Shown here piece by piece: positions 1-12,777 of a stretch of DNA of 64,000 nt. Made by a program: the position numbers and the translations under genes. Source of the DNA: the human T2T-CHM13v2.0 reference genome, Homo sapiens. Position 1 is the first letter of the stretch. Each line of letters opens with the position of its first letter. Location of the stretch: contig CP086569.2 in NCBI GenBank assembly GCA_009914755.4, forward strand, positions 21,120,001 through 21,184,000. Direction: 5' to 3'. The notes beneath the pieces are model-generated. The model had not been told where the DNA came from and did no database searches. It worked only from the letters and a program-made list of their open reading frames with translations.

Positions 1-3000
1 AGATATGCCCAGAGTTTCTTCCTTCTGGCAGGTTCATGGTCTTGCTCACTTCAAGAATGAAACTGCAGACCCTTACGGTGAGTGTTACAGCACTTAAAAG
101 TGTTATGTCTAGAGTTTGTTTCTTCAGATGTGTCCAGTTTCTTCAGTATGGAAGGTTCATGGTCTTGCTCACTTCAAGAATGAAACTGTAGACTTTTACG
201 GTGAGTGTTACAGCACTGAAAGATGTTATGTCCAGAGTTTGTTCCTTCAGATATGTCCAGAGTTTCTTCCTTCTAGCAGGTTCCTGGTCTTGCTCACTTC
301 AAGAATGAAGCTGCAGAAATTAGTGGTCAGTTTTACAGCACTTAATGGTGTTATGTCCAGAGATTGTTCCTTCAGATGTGTCCAGACTTTCTTCCTTCTG
401 GCAGGTTCATGGTCTTGCTCACTTCAGGAATGAAGCTGCAGACCTTAGTGGTGGGTGGTACAGCACTTAAGATGTTATGTCCAGAGTTTGTTCCTTCAGA
501 TGTGTCCAGAGTTTCTTCCTTCTGGCAGGTTCATGGTCTTGCTCACTTCAAGAATGAAGCTGCAGTCCTTTACGGTCAGTGTTACAGCATTTTAAGATGT
601 TATGTCTAGAGTTTGTTCCTACAGATGTGTCCAGAGGTTCTTCCTTCTGGCAGGATCATGGTCTTGCTCACTTCAGGAATGAAGCTGCAGACCTTAGTGG
701 TGAGCGATACGGCACTTAAGTTTTTATGTCCAGAGTTTGTTCCTTCACATAAGTCCATAGTTTCTTCCTTCTGTCCGGTTCATGGTCTTGCTCACTTCAA
801 GAATGAAGCTACAGAACTTAGTGGTGAGTTTTACAGCACTTAAAGTTGTTATGTCCAGAGTTTGTTCCTTCAGATGTGTCCAGAGTTTCTTCCTTCTGGC
901 AGGTTCATGGTCTTGCTCACTTCAAGAATGAAACTGTAGACTTTTACGGTGAGTGTTACAGCAATGAAAGATGCTATGTCCAGAGTTTGTTCCTTCAGAT
1001 GTGTCCAGAGTTTCTTCCTTCTGACAGGTTCATGGTCTTGCTAACTTCCAGAATGAAACTGAAGACCTTTACGGTGAGTGTTACAGAACTGAAAGATGTT
1101 ATGTCCAGAGTTTTTTCCTTCAGATGTGTCCAGAGTTTCTTCCTTCTGGCAGGTTCATGGTCTTGCTCACTTCAAGAATGAAGCTGCAGAAATTAGTGGT
1201 GAGTTTTACAGCACTTAAAGGTGTTATGTCCAGAGTTTGTTCCTTCAGATGTGTCCAGACTTTGTTCGTTCTGGCAGGTTCATGGTCTTGCTCACTTCAA
1301 GAATGAAGCTGCAGACCTTAGTGGTGAGTGTTACAGCACTTAAAGATGTTATGTCCAGAGTTTGTTCCTTCAGATGTGTCCAGAGTTTCTTCCTTCTGGC
1401 TGGTTCATGGTCTCGCTCACTTCAAGAATGAAGCTGCAGACCTTTACGGTGAGTGTTACAGCATTTAAAGGTGTTATGTCCATAGTTTGTTCCTTCAGAT
1501 GTGTGCAGAGTTTCTTCCTTCTGGCAGGTTCATGGTATTGCTCACTTCAAGAATGAAGATGCAGACCTTAGTGGTGAGTGTTACAGCAGTTAAAGTTGTT
1601 ATGTCCAGAGTTTCTTCCTTCAGATGTGTCCATTTTTTTCCTTCTGGCTGGTTCATGGTCCTGCTCACTTCAAGAATGATACTGTAGACCTTTACGGTGA
1701 GTGTTACAGCACTGAAACATGTCATGTCCAGAGTTTGTTCCTTCAGATAGGTCCAGTGTTTCTTCCTTCTGGCAGGTTCATGGTCTTGCTCACTTCCAGA
1801 ATGAAGCTGCAGACCTTTACGTTGAGTGTTACAGCACTTAAAGGTGCTATGTCCAGAGTTTGTTCCTTCAGATGTGTCCAGAGTTTCTTTCTTCTGGCAG
1901 GTTCATGGTCTTGCTCACTTCAAGAATGAAGCTCCAGTCCTTTACGGTGAGTGTTACAGCACTTAAAGGTGTTATATCCAGATTTTGTTCCTTCAGATGT
2001 GTCCAGCATATCTTCCTTCTTGCAGGTTCATGGTCTTGCTCACCTCAAGAATGAAAATGCAGACCTTTACGGTGAGGGTTACAGCATTTAAAAGTGTTAT
2101 GTCCAGAGTTTTTTCCTTCAGATGTGTCTAGAGTTTCTTCCTTCTCACAGGTTCGTCTCTTGCTCACTTCAAGAATGAAGCTGCACAGCTTAGTGGTGAG
2201 CGTTACAGCACTTACGTTTTTATGTCCAGAGTTTGTTCCTTCAGATGTGTCCAGGGTTTCTTCCTTCTGGCAGGTTCATGGTCTTGCTGACCTCAAGAAT
2301 GAAGCTGCAGACCTTTACGGTGAGTGTTACAGCACTTAAATGTGTTATGTCCAGAGTTTGTTCATTCAGATGTTTCCAGAATTTCTTCATTGTGGCAGGT
2401 TCATGGTCTTGCTCACTTGAAGAATGAAGCTGCAGACCTTTACGCTGAGTGTTACAGCACTTAAAACTGTTATGTCCAGAGTTTGTTCCTTCAGATGTGT
2501 CCAGAGTTTCTTCCTTCTGGCAGGTTCATGGTCTTGCTCACTTCAAGAATGAAGCTGCAGACTTTTACGGTGAGTGTTACAGCATTTAAATGTGTTATGC
2601 CCAGAGTTTTTTCCTTCAGATGTGTCCAGAGTTTCTACCTTCTGGCAGGTTGATGGTCTTGCTCACTTGAAGAATGAATCTGCAGACCTTTACGTTGAAT
2701 GTTACAGCACTTAAAGGTGTTATGTCCACAGTTTGTTCCTTCAGCTGTGTCCAGAGTTTCTTCCTTCTAGCAGGTTCATGGTCTGGCTCACTTCAAGAAT
2801 GAAGCTCCATTCCTTTACGGTGAGTGTAACAGCAATTAAAGGTGTTATGTCCGGAGTTTTTTCCTTCAGATCTGTCCAGAGTTTCTTCCTTCTGGTAGGT
2901 TCATGGTCTTGCTCACTTCAAGAATGAAACTGCAGACCCTTACGTTGAGTGTTACAGCACTTAAAGGTGTTATGTCCAGAGTTTGTTCCTTCAGATGTGT

Positions 3001-6000
3001 CCACTTTCTTCCTTCTGGCCGGTTTATGGTCTTGCTCACTTCAGGAATGAATCTGTAGACTTTTACGGTGAGTGTTACAGCACTGTATGATGTTATGTCC
3101 AGAGATTGTTCCTTCAGATGTGTCTAGAGTTTGTTCCATCTGGCAGGATCTTGTCCTTGCTCACCTCAAGAATGAAGCTGTAGAACTTAGTGATGTGTTT
3201 TACACCACTTAAAGGTGTTATGTCCAGAGTTTCTTCCTTCAGATGTGTCCAGAGTTTCTTCCTTCTGGCAGGTTCATGGTCTTGCTGACCTCAAGAATGA
3301 AGTTGCAGACCTTTACGGTGAGTGTTACAGCACTTTAAGGTGTTATGTCCAGAGATTGTTCCTTCAGATGTGTCCAGCGTTTCTTCCTTCTGGCAAGTTC
3401 ATGGTCTTGCTCACTTCAAGAATGAAGCTGCAGACATTTACGGTGAGTGTTACAGCATTTAAAGGTGTTATGTCCAGAGTTTGTTCCTTCAGATGTGTGC
3501 AGAGTTTCTTCCTTCTGGCAGGTTCATGGTATTGCTCACTTGAAGAATGAAGCTGCAGACCTTAGTGTTGAGTGTTACAGCACTTAAAGTTGTTATGTCC
3601 AGAGTTTGTTCCTTCAGATGTGTCAAGAGTTTCTTCCTTCTGGCAGGTTCTTGGTCTTGCTCACTTCAAGAATGAAGCTGCAGACCTTTACGGTGAGTGT
3701 TACAGCATTTAAAGGTGTTATGTCCAAAGTTTCTTACATCAGATGTGTCTAGAGTTCCTTCCTTCTGGGAGGTTCATGGACTTGCTCATTTCAAGAATGA
3801 AGCTGCAGAACTTAGTGGTGAGTTTTACAGCACTTAAAGGTGTTATGTCCAGAGTTTGTTCCTTCAGATCTGTCCAGAGATTCTTCCTTCTGGCAGGTTC
3901 ATGGTCTTGCTCACTTCAAGAATGAAGCTGCAGACCTTAGTGGTGAGCATTACAGCACTTAAGTTTTTATGTCCAGAGTTTGTTCCTTCATATAAGTCCA
4001 GAGATTCTTCCTTCTAGCAGGTTCATGGTCTTGCTCACTTCAAGAATGAAACTGCAGACCCTTACGATGACTGTTACAGCAATTAAATGTGTTATGTCTA
4101 GAGTTTGTTCCTTCATGTGTGTCCAGTTTCTTCCTTCTGGAAGGTTCATTGTCTTGCTCACTTCAAGAATGAAACTGTAGACCATTACAGTGAGTGTTAC
4201 AGCACTGAAAGATGTTATGTCCAGAGTTTCTTCCTTCAGATGTGTCCAGAGTTTCTTCCTTCTGGCAGGTTCATGGTCTTGCTCACTTCAAGAATGAAGC
4301 TGCAGAACTTAGTGGTGAGCTTTACAGCACTTAAAGGTGTTATGTCCAGAGTTTATTCTTTCAGATGTGTCCAGAGTTTCTTCCTTCTGGCAGGTTCATG
4401 GTCTTGCTCACTTCAAGAATGAAGCTGCAGACCTTTACGGTCAGTGTTACAGCACTTAAAGGTGTTATGTCCAGAGATTCTTCCTTCAGATGTGTCCAGA
4501 GTTTCTTCCTTCTGGCAGGTTCATGGTCTTCCTCACTTCAAGAATGAAGCTGCAGACCTTTACGGTGAGTGTTACAGCATTTAAACGTGTTATGTCCACA
4601 GTTTGTTCCTTCAGATGTGTGCAGAGTTTCTTCCTTCTGGCAGGTTCATGGTATTGCTCACTTCAAGAATGAAGCTGCAGACCTTAGTGGTGAGTGTTAC
4701 AGCACTTAAAGTTTTTATGTCCAGAGATTGTTCCTTCAGATGTGTCCAGAGTTTCTTCCTTCTGGCAGGCTCATGGTCTTGCTCACTTCAAGAATGAAGC
4801 TGCAGACCTTAGTGGTGAGCGTTACAGCACTTAAGTTTTTATGTGCAGAGTTTGTTCCTTCAGATAAGTCCAGAGTTTCTTCCTTCTGGCAAGTTCATGG
4901 TCTTGCTCACTTCAAGAATGAAGCTGCAGAACTTAGTGGTGAGTTTTACAGCACTTAAAGGTGTTATGTCCAGAGTTTGTTCCTTCAGATGTGTCCAGAG
5001 TTTCTTCCTTCTGGCAGGTTCATGGTCTTGCTCACTTCAAGAATGACGCGGCAGACCTTTACGGTGAGTGTTACAGCATTTAAAGGTGTTATGTCTAGAG
5101 TTTGTTCCTTCAGATGTGTCCACTTTCTTCCTTCTGGCAGGTTCATGGTCTTGCTCACTTCAGGAATGAAACTGTAGACCTTTACGGTGAGTGTTACATC
5201 ATTTAAAGGTGTTATGTTCATAGTTTGTTCCTTCAGATGTGTGCAGAGTTTCTTCCTTCTGGGAGGTTCATGTACTTGATCATTTCAAGAATGAAGCTGC
5301 AGACCTTAGTGGTGAGTTTCACAGCACTTAAAGGTGTTATGTCCAGAGTTTGTTCTTTCAGATATGTCCAGAGTTTCTTCCTTCTGGCAGGTTCATGGTC
5401 TTGCTCACTTCAAGAATGAAGCTGCAGACCTTTGTTGTGAGCAGTACATCAGTTAAGTTTTTATGTCCAGGGTTTGTTCCTTCAGATAAGTCCAGAGTTT
5501 CTTCCTTCTGGCAGGTTCATGGTCTTGCTCACTTCAAGAATGAAGCTGCAGAACTTAGTGGTGAGTTTTACAGCACTTAAAGGTGTTATGTCCAGAGTTT
5601 GTTCCTTCAGATGTGTCCAGAGTTTCTTCCTTCTGGCAGGTTCATGGTCTTGCTCACTTCAAGAATGAAGCTGCAGACCTTTACGGTGAGAGTTACAGCA
5701 CTTAAAGGTGTTATGTCCAGAGATTGTTCCTTCAGATGTGTCCAGAGTTTCTTCCTTCTGGCAGGTTCATGGTCTTGCTCACTTCAAGAATGACGCGGCA
5801 GACATTTACGGTGAGTGTTACAGCACTTAAAGGTGTTATGTCCACAGATTGTTCCTTCAGATGTGTCCAGAGTTTCTTCCTTCTGGGAGGTTCATGGTCT
5901 TGCTCACTTCAAGAATGACGCGGCAGACATTTACGGTGAGTGTTACAGCACTTAAAGGTGTTATGTCCAGAGTTTTTTCCTTCAGATGTGTCCAGACTTT

Positions 6001-9000
6001 CTTCCTTCTGGCAGGTTCATGGTCTTGCTCACTTCCAGAATGAAGCTGCAGACCTTAGTGGTGAGTGTTACAGCACTTAAAGATATTATGTCCAGAGTTT
6101 GTTCCTTCAGATGTGTCCAGATTGTCTTCCTTCTGGCAGTTTCATGGTCTTGCTCACTTCAAGAATGAAACTGTAGACCTTTACGGTCAGTGTTATAGTA
6201 CTTAAAGGTGTTATGTCCAGAGTTTTTCCTTCAGATATGTCAAGAGTTTCTTCCTTCTGGCAGGTTCATGGTATTGCTCACTTCAAGAAAGATGCTGCAG
6301 ACCTTTACGGTGAGTGTTACAGCATTTAAAGGTGTTATGTCCAGAGTTTGTTCCATCAGATGTGTCTAGAGTTCCTTACTTCTGGGAGGTTCATGGACTT
6401 GCTCATTTCAAGAAGGAAGCTGCAGACCGTAGTGGTGAGTTTTACAGCACTTAAAGGTGTTATGTCCATAGTTTGTTCCTTCAGATGTGTCCAGAGTTTC
6501 CTCCTTCTGACATGTTCATGGTCTTGCTCACTTCAAGAATGAAGCTGCAGACCTTTACGGTCAGTGTTACAGCACTTAAATGTGTTATGTCCAGAGTTTG
6601 TTCCTTCAGATGTGTCCAGAGTTTCTTCCTTCTGGCAGGTTCATGGTCTTGCTCACTTCAAGAATGAAGCTGCAGAACTTAGTGGTGACTTTTACAGCAC
6701 TTAAAGGTGTTATGTCCAGAGTTTGTTCCTTCAGATGTGTCCAGAGTTTCTTCCTTCTGGCAGGTTCATGGTCTCGCTCACTTCAAGAATGACGCGGCAG
6801 ACCTTTACGGTGAGTGTTACAGCATTTAAAGGTGTTATGTCCATAGTTTGTTCCTTCAGATGTGTGCAGAGATTCTTCCTTCTGGCAGGTTCATGGTGTT
6901 GCTCACTTCAAGAATGAAGCTGCAGACCTTAGTGGTGAGTGTTACAGCACTTAAGTTGTTATGTCCAGAGTTTGTTCCTTCAGGTGTGTCCAGAGTTTCT
7001 TCCTTCTGGCAGGTTCATGGTCTTGCTCACTTCAAGAATGAAGCTGCAGACCTTTAAGGTGAGTGTTACAGCATTTAAAGGTGTTATGTCCAGAGTTTTT
7101 TCCAACAGATGTGTCTAGAATTCCTTACTTCTGGGAGGTTCATGGACTTGCTCATTTCAAGAATGAAGCTGCAGACCATAGTGGTGAGTTTTACAGCACT
7201 TAAAGGTGTTATGTCCAGAGTTTGTTCCATCAGATGTGTCCAGAGTTTTTTCCTTCTGGCACGTTCATGGTCTTGCTCACTTCAAGAATGAAGCTGCAGA
7301 CCTTAGTGGTGATCATTACAACACTTACGTTTTTATATCCAGAGTTTGTTCCTTCAGATATGCCCAGAGTTTCTTCCTTCTGGCAGGTTCATGGTCCTGC
7401 TCACTTCAAGAATGAAACTGCAGACCCTTTCGGTGAGTGTTACAGCACTTAAAAGTGTTATGTCTAGAGTTTTTCCTTCAGATATGTCCAGTTTCTTCCG
7501 TCTGGAAGGTTTATGGTCTTGCTCACTTCAAGAATGAAACTGTAGACCTTTACGGTGAGTTTTACAACACTGAAAGATATTATGTCCAGAGTTTCTTCCT
7601 TCAGATGTGTCCAGAGTTTCTTCTTTCTGGCAGGTTCATGGTCTTGCTCACTTCAAGAATGAAGCTGCAGTAATTAGTGGTGAGTTTTACAGCACTTAAA
7701 GGTGTTATGTCCAGAGTTTTTTCCTTCAGATGTGTCCAGACTTTCTTCCTTCTGGCAGGTTCATGGTCTTGCTCACTTCCAGAATGAAGCTGCAGACGTT
7801 AGTGGTGAGTGTTACAGCACTTAAAGATGTTATGTCCAGAGTTTGTTCCTTCAGATGTGTCCAGAGTGTCTTCCTTCTGGCAGGTTCATGGTCTTGCTCA
7901 CTTCAAGAATGAAACTGTAGACCTTTACGGTCAGTGTTATAGCACTTAAAGGTGTTATGTCCAGAGTTTTTTCCTTCAGATATGTCCAGAGTTTCTTCCT
8001 TCTGGCAGGTTCATGGTATTACACACTTCAACAATGAAGCTGCAGACCTTTACGGTGAGTGTTATAGCATTTGAAGGTGTTATGTCCAGAGTTTGTTCCA
8101 TCAGATGTGTCTAGAGTTCCTTACTTCTGGGAGGTTCATGGACTTGCTCATTTGAAGAACGAAGCTGCAGACGGTAGTGGTGAGTTTTACAGCACTTAAA
8201 GGTGTTATGTCCAGAGTTTGTTCCTTCAGATGTGTCCAGAGATTCCTCCTTCTGGCATGTTCATGGTCTTGCTCACTTCCTTAATGAAGCTGCAGACCTT
8301 ACTGGTGAGTGTTACAGCACTTAAAGGTGTTACGTCCAGTGTTTGTTCCTTCAGATGTGTCCAGGGTTTCTGTCTTCTGTCAGATTCATGGTCTTTCTCA
8401 CTTCAAGAATGAAGCTGCAGACCTTAGTGGTGAGTGTTACAGCACTTAAAGGTGTTATGTCCAGAGTTTTTTCATTCAGATGTGTCCAGAGTTTCTTCCT
8501 TCTTGCAGTTTCGTGGTCTTGCTCACTTCCTTAATGAAGCTGCAGGCTTTACTGGTGAGTGTTACAGCACTTAAAGGTGTTATGTCCAGAGTTTGTTCCT
8601 TCAGATGTGTCCAGAGTTTCTTCCTTCTAGCAGGTTCATGGTCTTGCTCATTTCAAGAATGAAGCTGTAGACCTTTTCGGTGTGTGTTACAGCATTTATA
8701 GGTGTTATGTCCATAGTTTGTTCCTTCAGATGTGTGCAGAGTTTCTTCCTTCAGGCAGGTTCATGGTATTGCTCACTTCAGGAATAAAGCTGCAGACCTT
8801 AGTCGTGAGTGTTACAGCACTTAAGTTGTTATGTCCAGAGTTTGTTCCTTCAGATGTGTCCAGAGTTTCTTCCTTCTGGCAGGTTCATGGACTTCCTCAT
8901 TTCAAGAATGAAGCTGCAGACCTTACTGGTGAGTTTTACAGCACTTAAAGGTGTTATGTCCAGAGTTTGTTCCTTCACATGTGTCCAGAGTTTCTTCCTT

Positions 9001-10706
9001 CTGGCAGGTTCATGGTCTTGCTCACTTCAAGAATGAAGCTGCAGACCTTAGTGGTGAGCGTTACAGCAGTTAAGTTTTTATGTCCAGAGTTTGTTCCTTC
9101 AGATAAGTCCAGAGTCTCTTCCTTCTGGCAGATTCATGGTCTTGCTCACTTCAAGAATGAAGCTGCGGACCTTAGTGGTGAGCGTTACAGCACTTAAGTT
9201 TTTATGTCGAGAGTTTGTTCCTTCAGATAAGTCCAGAGTTTCTTCCTTCTGGCAGGTTCATGGTCTTGCTCACTTCAAGAATGAAGCTGCAGACCTTTAC
9301 GGTGAGTGTTACAGCACTTAAAGGTGCTATGTCCAGAGATTGTTCCTTCAGAAGTGTCCACAGTTTCTTCCTTCTGGCAGGTTCATGGTCTTGCTCACTT
9401 CAAGAATGACGCAGCAGACCTTTACGGTGAGTGTTACAGCATTTAAAGGTGTTATGTCCAGAGTTTGTTCCTTCAGATGTGTCCAGTTTCTTCCTTCTGG
9501 GAGGTTCATGGTCTTGCTCACTTCAATTATGAAACTGTAGAACTTTACGGTGAGTGTTACAGCAATGAAAGAGGCTAGGTCCAGAGTTTTTTCCTTCAGA
9601 TGTTTCCAGGGTTTCTTCCTTCTTTCAGGTTCATGGTCTTGCTCACTTCAAGAATGAAGCTGCAGACCTTTACGGTGAGTGTTACAGCATTTAAAGGTTT
9701 TATGTCCAGAGTTTGTTCCATCAGATGTGTCTAGAGTTCCTTACTTCTGGGAGGTTCATGGACTTGCTCATTTCAAGAATGAAGCTGCAGACCTTTACGG
9801 TGAGTGTTTTAGCACGTAAAGGTGTTATGTCCAGAGTTTGTTCCTTCAGATGTTTCCAGAGTTTCTTCTCTGGCAGGTTTATGGTCTTGCTCACTTCAAG
9901 AATGAAGCTGCAGAACTTTGTGGTGAGTTTTACAGCACTTAAAGGTGTTATGTCCAGAGTTTTTCCTTCAGATGTGTCCAGAATTTCTTCCTTCTGACAG
10001 TTCCATGGTGTTGCTAACTTCAAGAATGATGCTGCAGACCTTAGTGTTGAGTGTTATAGCACTTAAAGGTGTTATGTCCAGATTTTGTTCCATCAGATGT
10101 GTCTAGAGTTTCTTCCTTCTGGGAGGTTCATGGTCTTGCTCACTTCGAGAATGAAGCTGCATACTTTAGTGTTGAGTTTTACAGCACTTAAAGGTGTTAG
10201 GTCCAGAAGTTGTTCCTTCAGATGTGTCCAGAGTTTCTTACTTCTGGCAGGTTCATGGTCTTGCTCACTTCAAAAATGAAGCTGCAGACCTCAGTGGTGA
10301 GCGTTACACCACTTAAGTTGTCAAGTCCAGTGTTTCTTCCTTCAGATGTGTCCAGAGTTTCTTCCTTCGGGCAGGTTCATGGTCCTGCTCACTTCAAGAA
10401 TGAAGCTCCAGTCCTTTACGGTGAGTGTTACAGCACTTAAAGGTGTTATGTCCAGAGTTTGTTCCTTCAGATGTGTGCAGAGTTTCTTCCTTCTGGCAGG
10501 TTCATAGTCTTGCTCACTTCAAGAATGAAACTGCAGACCCTTACGATGAGTGTTACAGCACTTAAAGGTTTTATGTCCAGAGTTTGTTCCTTCAGATGTG
10601 TCCAGTTTGTTCCCTCTGGCAGGTTCATGGTCTTGCTTACTTCAAAATTGAAACTGTAGACCTTTACGTTTAGTGTTATAGCACTGAAAGATGTTATGTC
10701 CAGAGT

Positions 10707-11650
10707 TTGTTCCTTCATATGTGTCCAGAGTTTCTTCCATCTGGCAGGTTCATGTCCTTGCTCACTTCAAGAATGAAGCTGCAGAACTTAGTGGTGAGTT
10801 TTACAACACTTAAGGGTGTTATGTCCAGAGTTTGTTCCCTCAGATGTGTCCAGAGTTTCTTTCTTTTGGCAGGTTCATGGTCTTGCTCACTTTAGGAATG
10901 AAGCTGCAGACCTTTACCGTGAGTGTTACAGCACTTAACGGTATTATGTCCATAGTTTGTTCCTTCAGATGTGTCCCGAGTTTCTTCCTTCTGGCAGATT
11001 CATGGTCTTGGTAGCTTCAACAATGAAGCTGCAGACCTTTACGGTGAGTGTTACAGCACTTAATGTTGTTATGTCCAGAGTTTGTTCCTTCAGATGTGTC
11101 CAGAGTTTCTTCCTTCTGGCAGGTTCATGGTCTTCCTCACTTCAACAATGAAGCTGCAGACCTTAGTGGTGAGCGTTACAGCAATTAAGTTGTTATGTCC
11201 AGAGTTTTTTCCTTCAGATGTGTCCAGAGATTCTTCCTTCTGGCAGGTTCATGGTCTTGCTCACTTCAAGAATGGAACTGCAGACCCTTACGGTGAATTT
11301 TACAGCACTTAAAGTTGTTATGTCCAGAGTTTGTTCCTTCAGATGTGTCCATTTTCTTCCTTCTGGCTGGTTCATGGTCCTGCTCACTTCAAGTATGAAA
11401 TTGTAGACCTTTACGGTGAGTGTTACAGCACTGAAACATGTCATGTCCAGAGTTTGTTCCTTCAGATATGTCCAGAGTTTGTTCCTTCTGGCAGGTTCAT
11501 GGTCTTGCTCACTTCAAGAATGAAGCTGCGGACATTTAGGGTGAGTGTTACAGCACTTAAAGGTGTTATGTCCATAGTTTGTTCCTTCAGATGTGTCCAG
11601 TTTCTTTCTTCTGGCAGGTTCATGGTCTTGCTCACTTCAAGAATGAAGCT
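10707..11650. repeat. ~1-kb multi-monomer block, copy 1 of 3; copies at 12825-13770 and 14693-15276. It lies inside a larger block, 10085-11290, which is duplicated at 14072-15276 (offset 3986)
   Basis: Near-identical ORF peptides at 10707/12825/14693, 10832/12950/14818, 10957/13075/14943, 11082/13200/15068, 11331/13449, and at 10085/14072, 10210/14181, 10459/14445. Confidence 0.75.
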
Positions 11651-11667
11651 GCAGACCATACTGGTGA

Positions 11668-12777
11668 GTGTTACAGCACTTAAAGGTGTTATGTCCAGAG
11701 TTTTTTCCTACAGATGTCTCCAGAGTTTCTTCCTTCTGGCAGGTTCGTGGTCTTGTTCACTTCAAGAATGATGCTGCAGACCTTAGTGGTGAGTGTTACA
11801 GCACTAAAAGGTGTTATGTCCAGAGTTTGTTCCTGCAGAAATATCCAGAGTTTCTTCCTTCTGGCAGGTTTATGGTCTTGCTCACTTTAAGAATGAAGCT
11901 GCAGACCTTACTGGTGAGTGTTACAGCAGTTAAAGTTTTTATGTCCAGAGTTTGTTCCTTCAGATGTGTCCAGAGTTTCTTCCTTCTGGCAGGTTCATGG
12001 TCTTGCTCACTTCAAGAATGAAGCTGCAGACCTTAGTGGTGAGTGTTACAGCTCTTAAAGCTGTTATGTCCAGAGTTTTTTCATTCAGATGTCTCCAGAG
12101 TTTCTTCCTTCTGGCAGGTTCGTGGTCTTGCTCACTTCAAGAATGAAGCTGCAGACCTTACCGGTGAGGGTTACAGCACTTAAAGGTGTTATGTCCAGAG
12201 TTTGTTCCTTCAGATGTGTCCAGAGTTTCTTCCTTCTGACAGGTTCGTGGTCTTCCTCACTTCCTTAATGAAGCTGCAGACCATACTGGTGAGTGTTACA
12301 ACACTTAAAGCTGTTATGTCCAGAGATTGTTGCTTTAGATATGTCCAGAGTTTCTTCTTTCTGACAGTTTCATGGTCTTGCTCACTTCAAGTATGAAACT
12401 GCAGACCTTACTGGTGAGTGTTACAGCACTTAAAGGTGTTATTTCCAGAGTTTGTTCCTTCAGATATGTCCAGAGTTTCTTCCTTCTGGCAGGTTCATGG
12501 TCTTGCTCACTTCAAGAATGAAGCTGCAGACCTTTGCGGTGAGTGTTACAACACCTAAAGGTGTTATATCCAGAGATTGTTCCTTCAGATGTGTCCAGAG
12601 TTTCTTCCTTCTGTCCGGTTCACGGTCTTGCTCACTTCAAGAATGAAGCTGCAGACCTTACTGGTTAGTGTTACAGCACTTAAAGGTGTTATTTCCAGAG
12701 TTTGTTCCTTCAGATGTGTCCAGTTTCTTCCTTCTGGCAGGTTCATGGTCTTGCTCACTTCAAGAATAAAACTGTAG
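11668..12777. repeat. Block 'K', ~9 monomers, recurring at 15283-16382 and 22025-23003, with partial copies at 18154-18420 and 25397-25657
   Basis: The distinctive 117-aa read-through peptide (…KYPEFLPSGRFMVLLTLRMKLQTLLVSVTAVKV…) recurs at 11668, 15283, 18154, 22025 and 25397. It is followed by the same series of monomer variants: FVVFLTSLMKLQTILVSVTTLKAVMSRDCCFRYVQ; ICPEF…TFAVSVTTPKGVISR; PSVRFTVLLTSR. Confidence 0.7.

Noticed and set aside
9721-10023. Minus-strand ORFs (e.g. 9721-10023, 39554-39817)
   Set aside because: Same artefact on the reverse complement of the satellite; sporadic and short.
11331-11771. Longest ORFs (11331-11771, 146 aa; 26181-26624, 147 aa; 34299-34724, 141 aa) as possible real genes
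   Set aside because: Each is a read-through of about 3.5 consecutive monomers in which point variants happen to remove stops. Neighbouring copies of the same block are interrupted. No coding signal.
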